A stretch of 64,000 bases of DNA from an uncultured Methanolobus sp. (GTDB taxonomy: Archaea > Halobacteriota > Methanosarcinia > Methanosarcinales > Methanosarcinaceae): the NCBI GenBank assembly GCA_963675495.1, contig OY776215.1, positions 1,600,001-1,664,000 of the forward strand. The letters run 5' to 3'. The notes beneath the pieces are model-generated. The model saw only the letters and a program-made list of their open reading frames with translations, made no database searches and was not told the origin of the DNA. The stretch's first letter is position 1. Each line of letters opens with the position of its first letter. The position numbers were made by a program, and so were the translations under genes. This document shows positions 49,385 to 59,681 of the stretch, one piece after another.

Positions 49385-50107
49385 ATGAATGAAGACGAAT
49401 CACATGGAATGGTTCGCCAGCGTCTTGCAGAAAAGATGGCAGGCGAGATAACATTATCTGAGAAACCTGGCGAGGCCTTGAAAAAATGGCGATTGAACTT
49501 TGAAATCGCACAGACCGACCTATCCGGTTATCTCAGTGTTTCACCTTCCGTCATTAGCGACTATGAAAGTGGCAGGAGGAAATCTCCAGGCACACTTATT
49601 GTGAGTAGAATAGTCGGAGCCCTTCTCGAAATAGATTCACAGAGAGGAGGACAGAAAATTCATGCTTACGAGGGGATACTTTTCGCAGATAAAACGTCAA
49701 AAGCCATTTACGCCACCTATGAATACACATTTCCCATGCAGGTTGCAAAACTTGCCAATATCATTCAGGCAGATATCGTTAACAAAGGAATCGAGAAACC
49801 ATTGTATGGTTTTACCGTGGTTGACAGTAAAAAAGCTATTCTTGAACTTTCATCCCATGAGTTTCAGAAGCTCTATGGTTGGAGTACAGAGCGTGCAATG
49901 ATATTCACCAAGGTCACAACCGGCAAGTCACCAATGGTAGCCATAAGGGTCACGAACCTGAAACCCGGTGCTGTTGTCATACATGGACTGCGTGGAAGTG
50001 AGGTTCATTTAATAGCGAAGAAAATGGCCGAAATTGACAGGATTCCCCTCCTTGCAACAACAATGGACATTGATGAGATGGTAGAAGCCCTGAAAAAGTA
50101 TAGCTGA
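49385..50107 (+). CDS. XRE-HTH transcriptional regulator (COG1709-type)
   Basis: AGEITLS...LKKWR...QTDL...SPSVISDYESGRRKSPG; YGWSTERAMIFT; GKSPMVAIRV. Confidence 0.85.
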   Translation: MNEDESHGMVRQRLAEKMAGEITLSEKPGEALKKWRLNFEIAQTDLSGYLSVSPSVISDYESGRRKSPGTLIVSRIVGALLEIDSQRGGQKIHAYEGILFADKTSKAIYATYEYTFPMQVAKLANIIQADIVNKGIEKPLYGFTVVDSKKAILELSSHEFQKLYGWSTERAMIFTKVTTGKSPMVAIRVTNLKPGAVVIHGLRGSEVHLIAKKMAEIDRIPLLATTMDIDEMVEALKKYS

Positions 50108-50149
50108 TACCACAATGTCGAGTAAATATCATATTTGAACGGTGTTAAG

Positions 50150-51199
50150 ATGAGTGTAGGGATAGTCTCATATGGTGCCTATGTACCAAAATATAGAATT
50201 AAGATCGAAGAAATCGCCCGTGTATGGGGAGACGATGCAGAAATACTCAGATCAGGACTGATGGTCAACGAAAAAGCCGTTCCTGATGTTGATGAGGATG
50301 CAGCTACAATTGCAGTGGAGGCTGCAAGAGCCGCAGTTTTAAGATCAGATATAGATGCGCAGAGAATAGGTGCAGTTTACACTGGTTCAGAAAGCCATCC
50401 TTATGCTGTCAAACCTACCAGTACTATAGTTGCAGAAGCAACCGGAGCAACACCAGTGCTTACTGCTGCTGATTTTGAATTTGCATGCAAGGCAGGGACC
50501 GCAGCAGTCCAGGCATGCATGGGACTTGTTTCCTCAGGGATGATAGACCTCGGGCTTGCCATTGGCACTGATGTTGCCCAGGGTGCCCCGGGAGATGCTC
50601 TTGAATATACTGCCGCAGCAGGTGGTGTTGCTTACGTTATCGGGAACAAGGAATCAGAGCTTGTGGCTGTTATCGAGGATACATATTCCTTTACAACTGA
50701 CACTCCTGATTTCTGGAGACGTGAAGGCATGCCTTATCCTGAGCATGGAGGCAGATTCACAGGAGAACCAGGTTATTTCAAGCATGTTACAAACGCTGCA
50801 AAAGGACTTATGGCAAAAATAGATACAAAACCTGCTGATTATGATTATGCAGTATTCCACCAGCCAAACGGAAAATTCCCGACACGTGCAGCTAAAATGC
50901 TTGGATTCAGTAAGGAACAGATAAATCCCGGGCTTGTAGTTCCAAGACTTGGAAACACATACTCAGGCTCATGCATGATGGGAATTGCAGCAACTATTGA
51001 CCAGGCTAAACCGGGAGACCGTATATTTGCAACCGCATTCGGATCAGGAGCTGGCGGAGATGCGTTCAGCATAACTGTAACTGACAGGATAGAAGAGATA
51101 CGTGACAATGCACCTAAAGTGGAAGAACTTCTTGCAGACCCGATCTATATAGACTACGCCAAGTATGCCAAACATAAAGGAAAGATAAAGGTAGCATGA
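50150..51199 (+). CDS. Hydroxymethylglutaryl-CoA synthase (archaeal)
   Basis: [51 protein letters not shown]. Confidence 0.93.
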   Translation: MSVGIVSYGAYVPKYRIKIEEIARVWGDDAEILRSGLMVNEKAVPDVDEDAATIAVEAARAAVLRSDIDAQRIGAVYTGSESHPYAVKPTSTIVAEATGATPVLTAADFEFACKAGTAAVQACMGLVSSGMIDLGLAIGTDVAQGAPGDALEYTAAAGGVAYVIGNKESELVAVIEDTYSFTTDTPDFWRREGMPYPEHGGRFTGEPGYFKHVTNAAKGLMAKIDTKPADYDYAVFHQPNGKFPTRAAKMLGFSKEQINPGLVVPRLGNTYSGSCMMGIAATIDQAKPGDRIFATAFGSGAGGDAFSITVTDRIEEIRDNAPKVEELLADPIYIDYAKYAKHKGKIKVA

Positions 51200-51209
51200 G
51201 GTGTGAAAA

Positions 51210-52382
51210 ATGAGAGATGTAGCAATCATAGGTGTTAAGAACACAAAATTTGGCGAGCAGTGGGACCGCTCCTTCAGGGACCTTGTTGTTGAAGCAGGAG
51301 TTGGCGCTGTTGAGGATGCTGGCGTTGTCGGTGGAAAAATAGACTCAATGTTCGTTGGGAACATGAGTGGCGGACAATTTGTCGAACAGGAACACATCGG
51401 AGCACTTATCGCTGATTATTCAGGTCTTGCAAAGGATATACACGTCCCTTCAACACGTGTTGAGGCAGCCTGCGCTTCAGGTGGGCTTGCACTGAGGCAG
51501 GGTATCTATGCTGTGGCTTCAGGAATGGATGATATTGTTATCGCCGCCGGAGCCGAGAAGATGACAGATGTGCCATCAGCAAAAGCATCATCAGCCCTGG
51601 CAGCAGCAGCTGACAGAGAATGGGAAGGCATCATGGGAGCAACTTTCCCAGGATTGTACGCAATGATAGCAAAGATGCACATGCACAAATATGGAACCAC
51701 AAGCGAACAATTAGCATCCGTGGCTGTGAAGAACCATCACAACGGACAGCACAACCCTATAGCTCAGTACAAGAGCCAGATCACTATTGAATCTGTCCTG
51801 AAATCCATAATGGTAGCAGATCCGCTTCATATATTCGATTGCTCACCTATTACCGATGGTGCATCTGCTGTGATACTTGCTCCAGCAGAGATAGCCCATG
51901 AGTTTACCGATACACCAATCTATGTGAAAGCGACCGCACAGGCATCTGATACCATTGCGCTGCATGACCGCAGGGACATAACAACTCTGGATGCGGCTGT
52001 AGCAGCCGGAAAAAGAGCATACCAGATGGCAAAGATGGAAGCAAAGGACATTGATCTTGCAGAGGTTCATGATTGTTTCACAATTGCGGAAATATGCGCT
52101 ATTGAAGACCTTGGTTTTGCAAAGAAAGGTGAGGGTGGAATAATGGCACAGAACGGAGAGACTGAAATTGGTGCAAAGATACCCATTAACACTTCAGGCG
52201 GACTCAAATCCTGTGGACATCCCGTAGGGGCAACCGGTGTTAAACAGGCTATTGAGATTGTTCAGCAGCTTCGCGGTGAAGCTGGAAAGCGTCAGGTTGA
52301 CGGAGCGGAGGTTGGAATGACCCACAATGTGGGAGGTTCCGGGGCAACTGCTGTTGTGCACATATTCTCGAGGGACAGGTGA
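51210..52382 (+). CDS. Acetoacetyl-CoA thiolase (archaeal)
   Basis: [49 protein letters not shown]. Confidence 0.93.
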   Translation: MRDVAIIGVKNTKFGEQWDRSFRDLVVEAGVGAVEDAGVVGGKIDSMFVGNMSGGQFVEQEHIGALIADYSGLAKDIHVPSTRVEAACASGGLALRQGIYAVASGMDDIVIAAGAEKMTDVPSAKASSALAAAADREWEGIMGATFPGLYAMIAKMHMHKYGTTSEQLASVAVKNHHNGQHNPIAQYKSQITIESVLKSIMVADPLHIFDCSPITDGASAVILAPAEIAHEFTDTPIYVKATAQASDTIALHDRRDITTLDAAVAAGKRAYQMAKMEAKDIDLAEVHDCFTIAEICAIEDLGFAKKGEGGIMAQNGETEIGAKIPINTSGGLKSCGHPVGATGVKQAIEIVQQLRGEAGKRQVDGAEVGMTHNVGGSGATAVVHIFSRDR

Positions 52383-52387
52383 TCATC

Positions 52388-52783
52388 ATGTCAGTACCAA
52401 GATTTTGGAGAAAACAGATAGCCAGGTACAATCTTGTAGGCACACACTGTCATAAATGTGATGAATATTTCTATCCACCACGCAACATGTGTCCTGCATG
52501 CAGACGTGAAGGTGAGATAGAAGACTTCAAATTCACAGGGAAAGGTGAGGTGGTAACATTTACTGTTATCCATACTGCTGCTGAAGGTTTTGAGAACCAG
52601 ACACCTTATGTTCTGGGAATTATCAAACTGGAAGAAGGACCAAGCCTTACAAGCCAGATAATATGTGATCCTAAAGACGTGTCTATCGGCATGAAAGTAA
52701 GTCCAGTATTCAGGAAGCTGGGACAGGACGGCGAACAAGGTATGATATACTATGGTACCAAATTCGTTCCAGAACAATGTTAG
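52388..52783 (+). CDS. DUF35 Zn-ribbon/OB-fold scaffold protein of the thiolase-HMGCS complex
   Basis: PRFWR, CHKC...YPPRNMCPAC, YGTKF. Confidence 0.9.
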   Translation: MSVPRFWRKQIARYNLVGTHCHKCDEYFYPPRNMCPACRREGEIEDFKFTGKGEVVTFTVIHTAAEGFENQTPYVLGIIKLEEGPSLTSQIICDPKDVSIGMKVSPVFRKLGQDGEQGMIYYGTKFVPEQC

Positions 52784-53307
52784 AAATTGAAGTCAAAACC
52801 CGTGCCTACCACCAGCAGGTAAAAGAACTGCTGGCAGACATGGGTGCTAATTTTATAGGTGTCCAGCATCACTGCGACACCTACTTTAATGCCCCCCACA
52901 GGGATTTTGTAAACACAGATGAAGCACTGAGGATACGCTCCGTCGACGGAAGGTCTGTGTTGACCTATAAAGGCAAAAAACTGGACACCGTATCCAAAAC
53001 ACGTGAGGAATTCGAAACTGATGTGGACGGTGGAAATACCCGCAGCATTCTTCTGGCTCTTGGATTCTATGAGGCAGGCATGGTCAAAAAGACAAGGGAG
53101 ATCTTCAAATTTGAAGGCATGACCATCTGTCTTGACAACGTAAGAAGTCTCGGCGAGTTTATTGAAGTCGAGATTACTGCTGATTCAGATATTGAAACTC
53201 ATAGTAAACAGATATTCTCATTTTTGAATAAATTGGGTATTGGAGAAGAGGATTCCATCAGGACATCCTATCTTGAAATGGTGCTTTCAAAAAGAGAAGA
53301 CAACTGA
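52777..53307 (+). CDS. cyaB: CYTH-domain protein (class IV adenylate cyclase-like)
   Basis: EIEVK, DTYF, DEALRIR, LTYKG, REEFE, KKTRE, LGEFIEVE, SYLE. Confidence 0.9.
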   Translation: MLEIEVKTRAYHQQVKELLADMGANFIGVQHHCDTYFNAPHRDFVNTDEALRIRSVDGRSVLTYKGKKLDTVSKTREEFETDVDGGNTRSILLALGFYEAGMVKKTREIFKFEGMTICLDNVRSLGEFIEVEITADSDIETHSKQIFSFLNKLGIGEEDSIRTSYLEMVLSKREDN

Positions 53308-53336
53308 TACACTCATTCTAGTATCATATTTTGAAG

Positions 53337-55466
53337 TCATACTATTTTTTGTTCACCGCTTATGGGAAGTTCAAAATAGAATGTTGAACCATTGCCCATT
53401 TCACTCTCCAACCAGACTTTTCCCCCGTGCATTTCCACGAACTTCTTTACCAGAAAGAGTCCAAGACCTGTTCCTCCATAAAAGCGATTATGTGAAGAAT
53501 CCAATTGGGTGAAAGCCTGGAATATGCTATCATAATCTTCTTTGGCTATACCAGATCCATTATCCTTTACTGAGAACTGTGCCATATTATCACGTAATTC
53601 TACACTGACATCGATATTACCCCCTTCAGGTGTGAACTTAATAGCATTGCTTATCAGATTGTAAATAATCTGTTTGAATACCTGCCTGTCAGCGGTTATT
53701 ACCGAAAGTTTACTATCATTATGTATGTTCAGTGAAAGATCTTTCTTTGCAGTAAGTGGCATGATAATATTCTTAATATCCTCAAGTACTTCTGAAACAT
53801 TGAATATCTCGAGGTCCAATTCCACACCTTCTGATTCAATTTTCGATATATCAAGGATATTATTTATAATATCTAGCAAGCACTTTCCACTGGAGGAGAT
53901 ATTTTTGAGATAGGCATCCTGCTTTTCATTCAGGTCTCCTGTCATCCCTTCAAGCAAAATATCCGAGAAGCCTATGATAGAAGTCAGTGGTGTTCTCAAC
54001 TCATGACTCATGATGGAAATAAATTCACTTTTTGTTCGACTGGCCACTTCAGCTGCCAGCTTTGCGTCCAGCAAGGCCTTTTCTGAACGTTTCCTTTCAG
54101 TAATATCACGTATAATGGCCTGAAAGATAACTTTTTCATTATCTATTAGAGAAGAACTTACATCGGCATCCACAACATACCCATTAGACAGTTCCAGTTT
54201 TGTTTCTGAACTGAAGGAACCTTCACGGAATGTTTCTTCCTGAATTTCCTGTGTACTGGGTGAATACCCTTCCAGAGATAAGGAAGAAAAATTATGTTCA
54301 TGTAAAATAGATGATTCATATCCAAGCAATTCAGAAGCTTGTCCATTCGCATCAAGTATGTATCCATCTGAATCAAATATAAGAATGGCATCATTGGATT
54401 GTTCGAATAGAGAACGATACTTTCCTTCGTGTTCCTGGAGTGAGTCAAGCATGTAATTCACGTTATCAGCCATCCAGTTTAACCCATCATTGCCTTCCAG
54501 CTTGATCCTATAAGAAAGATCGCCACTTTTGCCTACATTCTCAAGACCGGAAACAAGGCTGCCTAATTTTGCACGCATAAATCTTGTTGCTATGAAGATA
54601 TGCGCAATATAGGCAACAGAGCTGATAAGTAAAAATGCAAGAGCCAGATAGAACAGCATCTTCCCATCTACAGTAGTTGTTAATCCTCCAGTATTCACAG
54701 AAAGCATTTTTCCAGGCTTGCCCATAATATCATACAATAGTACCTGACCTGCCAGACCCTCATTATCGGATAAATCAAGGAATACAGGCCCTGCAAATGT
54801 GTCAATTATTGCCTCATCGAAAACAAGCTGATCAACATCTCTATCCACAAAACTAGCAGAAAATATAGAGTTACCATATATTGTTCCTATTGTATCCGGG
54901 TCTAACTCTCTGTAAGCTATCAAGATAGAAGTATATCCTTCAGTTTCATCCTCTGGTATAAAAGACTCCATAGCAAGTAAAAGTGTCCTATCAGGAAGAA
55001 AAATCATTCCTGAGATACCTGTTTCTTCCAGTAATCTAGAAATAATTTTTGGATGAGAATCAATATATGCTTCAATATTACTGCTCTCCCCGGATGACTC
55101 TGAATTAAAAACAAAAGATTTTGATGAAATGTCATATATGAGGACACCATCAATATCGTGAACAGAATCCGTTTCCAAATGTTTGATGATCGTATTATAG
55201 ATATCTATGCCATTTGCATCCATACTAACTGATTCTGCATGTGAAGCCATGTAGGATGCACTTGAACTAAGAAAAGCCAGATCATCATTTATCGTGTGGA
55301 GTGCAAGATGAGTATTATCAAGAGTTTTTTCCTTTTCGAACTCAACAAAACTAGATGAAAAAATGACATAACTTGCCAATAACATTAAGATTATTGTCAG
55401 AAAAAAAGCAGCGCTATGCAAAATGCCATCTTTCTTAGCAAATTCTGTTTTTAAGGGCTTGGCCAT
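53337..55466 (-). CDS. Membrane sensor histidine kinase (CHASE4-like, HAMP, PAS, HisKA, HATPase)
   Basis: SHELRTPL H-box, NLISNAIKFT N-box, DNGSGI, GGTGLGL; PAS YRSLFEQSNDAI...RDITERK; two TM segments. Confidence 0.92.
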   Translation of the reverse strand: MAKPLKTEFAKKDGILHSAAFFLTIILMLLASYVIFSSSFVEFEKEKTLDNTHLALHTINDDLAFLSSSASYMASHAESVSMDANGIDIYNTIIKHLETDSVHDIDGVLIYDISSKSFVFNSESSGESSNIEAYIDSHPKIISRLLEETGISGMIFLPDRTLLLAMESFIPEDETEGYTSILIAYRELDPDTIGTIYGNSIFSASFVDRDVDQLVFDEAIIDTFAGPVFLDLSDNEGLAGQVLLYDIMGKPGKMLSVNTGGLTTTVDGKMLFYLALAFLLISSVAYIAHIFIATRFMRAKLGSLVSGLENVGKSGDLSYRIKLEGNDGLNWMADNVNYMLDSLQEHEGKYRSLFEQSNDAILIFDSDGYILDANGQASELLGYESSILHEHNFSSLSLEGYSPSTQEIQEETFREGSFSSETKLELSNGYVVDADVSSSLIDNEKVIFQAIIRDITERKRSEKALLDAKLAAEVASRTKSEFISIMSHELRTPLTSIIGFSDILLEGMTGDLNEKQDAYLKNISSSGKCLLDIINNILDISKIESEGVELDLEIFNVSEVLEDIKNIIMPLTAKKDLSLNIHNDSKLSVITADRQVFKQIIYNLISNAIKFTPEGGNIDVSVELRDNMAQFSVKDNGSGIAKEDYDSIFQAFTQLDSSHNRFYGGTGLGLFLVKKFVEMHGGKVWLESEMGNGSTFYFELPISGEQKIV

Positions 55467-55614
55467 ATTTGCACCACCTGACAAAAAGATTTAATAGCTC
55501 ATTTGAGACATCGTCCCTTAAGTAGTATGGAATCCAAATAATATATAATTATTGTAATATATAATATAGAAGATGACTACACTACAATGAGCTCTTTTTA
55601 ATAAAAACAGAATG

Positions 55615-55643
55615 ATACAGATACTTCATATTAGTATCTGCAT
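55615..55643 (-). terminator. Hairpin downstream of metG, putative terminator
   Basis: CAGATACT-N7-AGTATCTG inverted repeat, extendable with a G-U pair on the minus strand, just after a T-run following the metG stop. Confidence 0.4.
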
Positions 55644-55653
55644 AGCGAAAAAA

Positions 55654-57693
55654 TTACATTATACAAGAACCAGTTCCCATATCCTTATCTGTTGTCAGCA
55701 GGGAAACTCTTTCTCCTGCATCTGCTGCAAGGAGCATTCCCCGTGATTCCACACCACAAAGCTTCACAGGTTTGAGATTGACAAGCACGTTAACTGTCTT
55801 ACCAACCATCTCTTCAGGGTCATAGTGTTCCGCAAGACCTGCAACAACCTGTCTTGGCTCCTCATCACCGATATCAACCTGAAGACGCAGGAGTTTCTTT
55901 GATTTCTTGATCTTCTCAGCGGAAACTATCTTTCCAACCCTGATATCAAGCTTTGCAAAATCATCATATTCTATTTCATCTTTGAATTCCATTTTTTCTA
56001 CTTCCTTAATGCCTGCTTCCTTTGCCATTGCTGCCTTTACACGCTTGGAGGATATCTTTTCCATCTCCTCTATCTTGTCATCCTCCAGCTTGGTGAACAG
56101 TATCTCAGGCTTTGCCAGTTTAGTTCCGCTTAGCACAGGAACGGTTGCTTCATCATAGGTAACTGTGTGTATATCTGAATCCATGCCAATCTGTTTCCAG
56201 GCAGTTTCCATGCTTCCCGGAGTCATAGGCTCGAACAGCAACACAAGTGCCTTGGCCAGCTGTATGCAGTTCTTGACAACTTTGCCACATGCATCCTTAT
56301 CTTCTTTTATGAGTTTCCATGGCTCATTTGACTGGAAGTATGAATTACCATAAGATGCAAGGGCCATTGCAGTGTCAGCAGCTTTCTTGAACTCATAATC
56401 TGCATTCACCTTTGTAACCTCTTCTATGGTAGAAGTTATTTTCTCCATAACCTCAGGGTCGATATCTCCCTCAGGGATCTCTCCAAAGTTCTTGAAAGCA
56501 AAGAGCAGGTTCCTGTAGAGGAAATTACCAAATACTCCCACAAGCTCTGTGTTGATCTTGTCCTGGAATATCTTCCATGAGAAATTAACCTCTTTTGTGT
56601 GGGAGGTGTAACTTACAAGATAATACCTGAGAAGGTCCGGATGGAAACCATGATCAAGGTAATCTTCCTCAACCCAGACCACATAACCACGGCTCTTTGA
56701 GAAGGTCTTGTCTTGAATTTTCAACATACCCGATGCAACAACCGCAGATGGCTGGCTATAGTCAGCTCCTTTAAGCATTGCCGGCCAGAAGATACAGTGG
56801 TGGTAGATTATGTCTCCGCCAATGAAATGAATTATCGGACAATCGCCCTTCCAGAATTTTTCCCAGTCACCGCCAGTTGCTTCTGCCCACTGCTCTGTGA
56901 AAGCCATGTAACCGATAGGTGCATCCACCCAGACATAAACAACGAGGTCATCGTGACCGGGGAATCTGACACCCCATTCGAGGTTCCTTGTAATACACCA
57001 GTCCGTAAGCTCCTGTTTTATCCATCCCATGGCATAATTACGGGCATTAAGGGTTCCGCCAAGGTTTTCCAGGTGTTCCAGCAGGAAGTCCTTAAACTCG
57101 GAAAGTTTGAAGAAGAAGTGTTCCTGCTCCTTGTATTCTGCAGGGCCATTACAGATGGTACATACAGGTTCTTTGAGCTCTCCGGGCTCCAGATGTTTTC
57201 CACATCCCTGGTCACATTCATCACCACGTGCTTTCTCTCCACAGTGAGGACATGTCCCTGCGACATACCTGTCAGGCAGGAAGCGGTCACATTGAGGACA
57301 GTACGCGATCTCTATTACCTTAGGATAAACGTAATCTTTTTCAATGAGTTTCTCAACGATATTCAGCGTTCTGTCGTGATTTGTGTCATCATCAGTTGTC
57401 CCGAAAGCATCAAACATGACACCCATTTTCTTGAACACTTCATCGAAATGGACATGATATTTCTTTACAAGTTCCTTAGGCGTGGTTCCAAGTTCCTCAG
57501 CATTTACCACAATAGGAGTACCGTGGGTATCGGAACCGCAGACAAATGTTGTTTCCTGTGAGTTCTTTTTCAGTGATCTCACAAAGATATCTGCAGGAAT
57601 GTATGTTCTAAGGTGCCCGACGTGCGCTTTCCCATTAGCATATGGAAGACCGCATGTAACAAGCACGGCTTTATCAGAAGGAATGTTTGACAT
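55654..57693 (-). CDS. metG: Methionine--tRNA ligase with C-terminal tRNA-binding domain
   Basis: [19 protein letters not shown], Zn knuckles, [17 protein letters not shown]-terminal [10 protein letters not shown]...ESRGMLL. Confidence 0.97.
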   Translation of the reverse strand: MSNIPSDKAVLVTCGLPYANGKAHVGHLRTYIPADIFVRSLKKNSQETTFVCGSDTHGTPIVVNAEELGTTPKELVKKYHVHFDEVFKKMGVMFDAFGTTDDDTNHDRTLNIVEKLIEKDYVYPKVIEIAYCPQCDRFLPDRYVAGTCPHCGEKARGDECDQGCGKHLEPGELKEPVCTICNGPAEYKEQEHFFFKLSEFKDFLLEHLENLGGTLNARNYAMGWIKQELTDWCITRNLEWGVRFPGHDDLVVYVWVDAPIGYMAFTEQWAEATGGDWEKFWKGDCPIIHFIGGDIIYHHCIFWPAMLKGADYSQPSAVVASGMLKIQDKTFSKSRGYVVWVEEDYLDHGFHPDLLRYYLVSYTSHTKEVNFSWKIFQDKINTELVGVFGNFLYRNLLFAFKNFGEIPEGDIDPEVMEKITSTIEEVTKVNADYEFKKAADTAMALASYGNSYFQSNEPWKLIKEDKDACGKVVKNCIQLAKALVLLFEPMTPGSMETAWKQIGMDSDIHTVTYDEATVPVLSGTKLAKPEILFTKLEDDKIEEMEKISSKRVKAAMAKEAGIKEVEKMEFKDEIEYDDFAKLDIRVGKIVSAEKIKKSKKLLRLQVDIGDEEPRQVVAGLAEHYDPEEMVGKTVNVLVNLKPVKLCGVESRGMLLAADAGERVSLLTTDKDMGTGSCIM

Positions 57694-57830
57694 TTATTAA
57701 CTCCATTGGAAATTTATCAATAGCTCTGGTCTTGCATTGCGTGCAATTATAAAATATATTTCGCTCATACGGCATAAGGCAAGGTTTTTGAATGTTCACA
57801 TACATTTGATAAACGGGATGGAATCCAGAG

Positions 57831-59099
57831 ATGAACGGAGATAATTCAGATAGAAAAACAGAGGATGATGTCGAATATCATCGTTACCCGTATAGTTATG
57901 AAGAAGATAGAACGGATGACATCCAGAACAGCTTTGAATCTGATGACACAAAGTCAGAAGTGATAGAAACAGAAGAAACTCCTGTAACTAGCGAAGCTGC
58001 AGAGAAAACTGTAGAAGTTGATAATTACCAGACCACATCGGACAACATAACTAACGATGTTCCTGTTGCAGTACCAGTTGAAGGAAAGAAAGAGAAAACT
58101 GAGTATGAACAGGAAAAAACAGCAAGTGCAACAGCAACTCAAACAACAAATTATACCGAACCATCCCGGAAAGCTCCTGTTATTAAGAAGAAGAGCCGCA
58201 AATGGCAATACATTGCCATTGTTGCCGTTCTTGTATTCATAATTGGTGGGAGCTTTGCACTCATGTACCAGAGCTTTAACGGTGACCTCTACTCTTCAAA
58301 TGACAAAGTAGCAGTAATCTACGTCCAGGGAACCCTCATTACCAGCAGCATACCAGGCGGACTTGGTTACGTGAGTTCTGAGGAGATTTCAGATAATATT
58401 AGAAGAGCCCTCAGGGATGATCATGTAAAAGCCATTGTCCTGAGAGTAAATAGTGGAGGAGGGTCCTCAACTGCAGGAGAAGAGGTCTATACCGAGGTCA
58501 AAAAAGCTAGTGATAGTGGAATACCTGTTATAATCTCAATGGGAGATGTGGCAGCAAGTGCAGCCTATCACCTGTCAGCACCTGCAGACCTTATAGTGGC
58601 TAACCCTTCAACCATGACCGGAAGCATAGGAACTATATGGACATTCCAGAACCTGTCTGCCTTCTATAATGAAGAAGGAGTTGAATTCTACATCGTAAAA
58701 TCCGGAGAATTCAAAGATATGGGAGGAGCATGGAGAGGTCTTTCAGATGATGAAAAGGAATATGCCAACAAGGTTGTGGCAGAAGTTTACGGCAACTTTG
58801 TAAGGGATGTGGCAGAAGGCAGGGATATGAGTACCAGTGAAGTAAAAAGCCTTGCAGATGGCAGGATATACACTGGAAGAGAAGCAAAGAACCTGGGTCT
58901 TGTGGATGAATTCGGCAACCTTTATGATGCTATTGACATGGCAGCGGATATGGGAGATATCGACGGAGATCCAACTATCATTTACATGAACAAACCATCC
59001 ATTTCAAGCCTGCTCTTTGGTTCAGAATCCGAAGCTACGGTCACTGCGGAAGAATTCCTCCGTTACTATGAAGAAAGTCCCTACGGTCAGATAAGCTGA
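57831..59099 (+). CDS. sppA: Signal peptide peptidase SppA (S49) with long acidic N-terminal extension
   Basis: VLRVNSGGGS, SMGDVAASAAY, TGSIG, KSGEFKD, ADGRIYTGREAKNLGLVDEFG. Confidence 0.92.
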   Translation: MNGDNSDRKTEDDVEYHRYPYSYEEDRTDDIQNSFESDDTKSEVIETEETPVTSEAAEKTVEVDNYQTTSDNITNDVPVAVPVEGKKEKTEYEQEKTASATATQTTNYTEPSRKAPVIKKKSRKWQYIAIVAVLVFIIGGSFALMYQSFNGDLYSSNDKVAVIYVQGTLITSSIPGGLGYVSSEEISDNIRRALRDDHVKAIVLRVNSGGGSSTAGEEVYTEVKKASDSGIPVIISMGDVAASAAYHLSAPADLIVANPSTMTGSIGTIWTFQNLSAFYNEEGVEFYIVKSGEFKDMGGAWRGLSDDEKEYANKVVAEVYGNFVRDVAEGRDMSTSEVKSLADGRIYTGREAKNLGLVDEFGNLYDAIDMAADMGDIDGDPTIIYMNKPSISSLLFGSESEATVTAEEFLRYYEESPYGQIS

Positions 59100-59105
59100 T
59101 ATTGA

Positions 59106-59588
59106 ATGCCCTTTACACCATTCCATCTGGGACCGGCCTTTTTGCTCGGGGAGCTTTTCGAGAAAAAGGTCAACCTTATTTCCATCCTTCTGGGAAGCAT
59201 AGTTATCGATGTGAGAGCTGCCTATTGTCTCTTTACAGGTTGCATGCCCCTGCATGGACCACTTCATACTTTTTTAAGTGCAACAGTAATTGCGTTTCTA
59301 CTTGCATGGCTTTTATTTTCACAAAGGCGATGGTTGCGAAAGATAACTGAGAAATTAAAGATAGAACAGACATATTATTTCATGTCCGTAATGACAGGGG
59401 CAATTATAGGAACATGGAGCCATGTGCTGTTTGACTCTTTCCTTTACACTGATATCAGACCACTGTGGCCTCTGGAAAGCAACCCTTTTCTTGGACTGGT
59501 AGACTCAGAAACAATGTATTTAATGTGCCTTCTCTCATTTCTGCCTGCAACAGGAATCTACTGCTACAGGTACTGGAAGAGGAAATGA
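59106..59588 (+). CDS. Membrane protein, putative metal-dependent hydrolase (MPFTPFH type)
   Basis: MPFTPFHLGP, LHGPLHT, SHVLFD...DIRPLWP motifs. Confidence 0.75.
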   Translation: MPFTPFHLGPAFLLGELFEKKVNLISILLGSIVIDVRAAYCLFTGCMPLHGPLHTFLSATVIAFLLAWLLFSQRRWLRKITEKLKIEQTYYFMSVMTGAIIGTWSHVLFDSFLYTDIRPLWPLESNPFLGLVDSETMYLMCLLSFLPATGIYCYRYWKRK

Positions 59589-59681
59589 TTCCCGTTAACA
59601 GTGAAACAAAAAGTATAAGTTAGCCTGTGCTCAACTCATATTATAAAATATTAAAGTTGTATTGCTGGCGGGGGAGTTACA

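Noticed and set aside
50105-50125. TGA followed by TAC CAC AAT GTC GAG TAA at the end of the XRE regulator, possible selenocysteine read-through
   Set aside because: Only five extra codons, no Cys-type context and no SECIS seen; Methanosarcinaceae are not known to use Sec
53337-55466. Orphan histidine kinase without an adjacent response regulator
   Set aside because: Orphan PAS kinases are common in Methanosarcinaceae
56713-57561. 282-aa plus-strand ORF, and similar long antisense ORFs such as 21658-22293 and 29850-30473
   Set aside because: Fully antisense to well-supported genes (metG, U32, nnr) with no protein-like motifs
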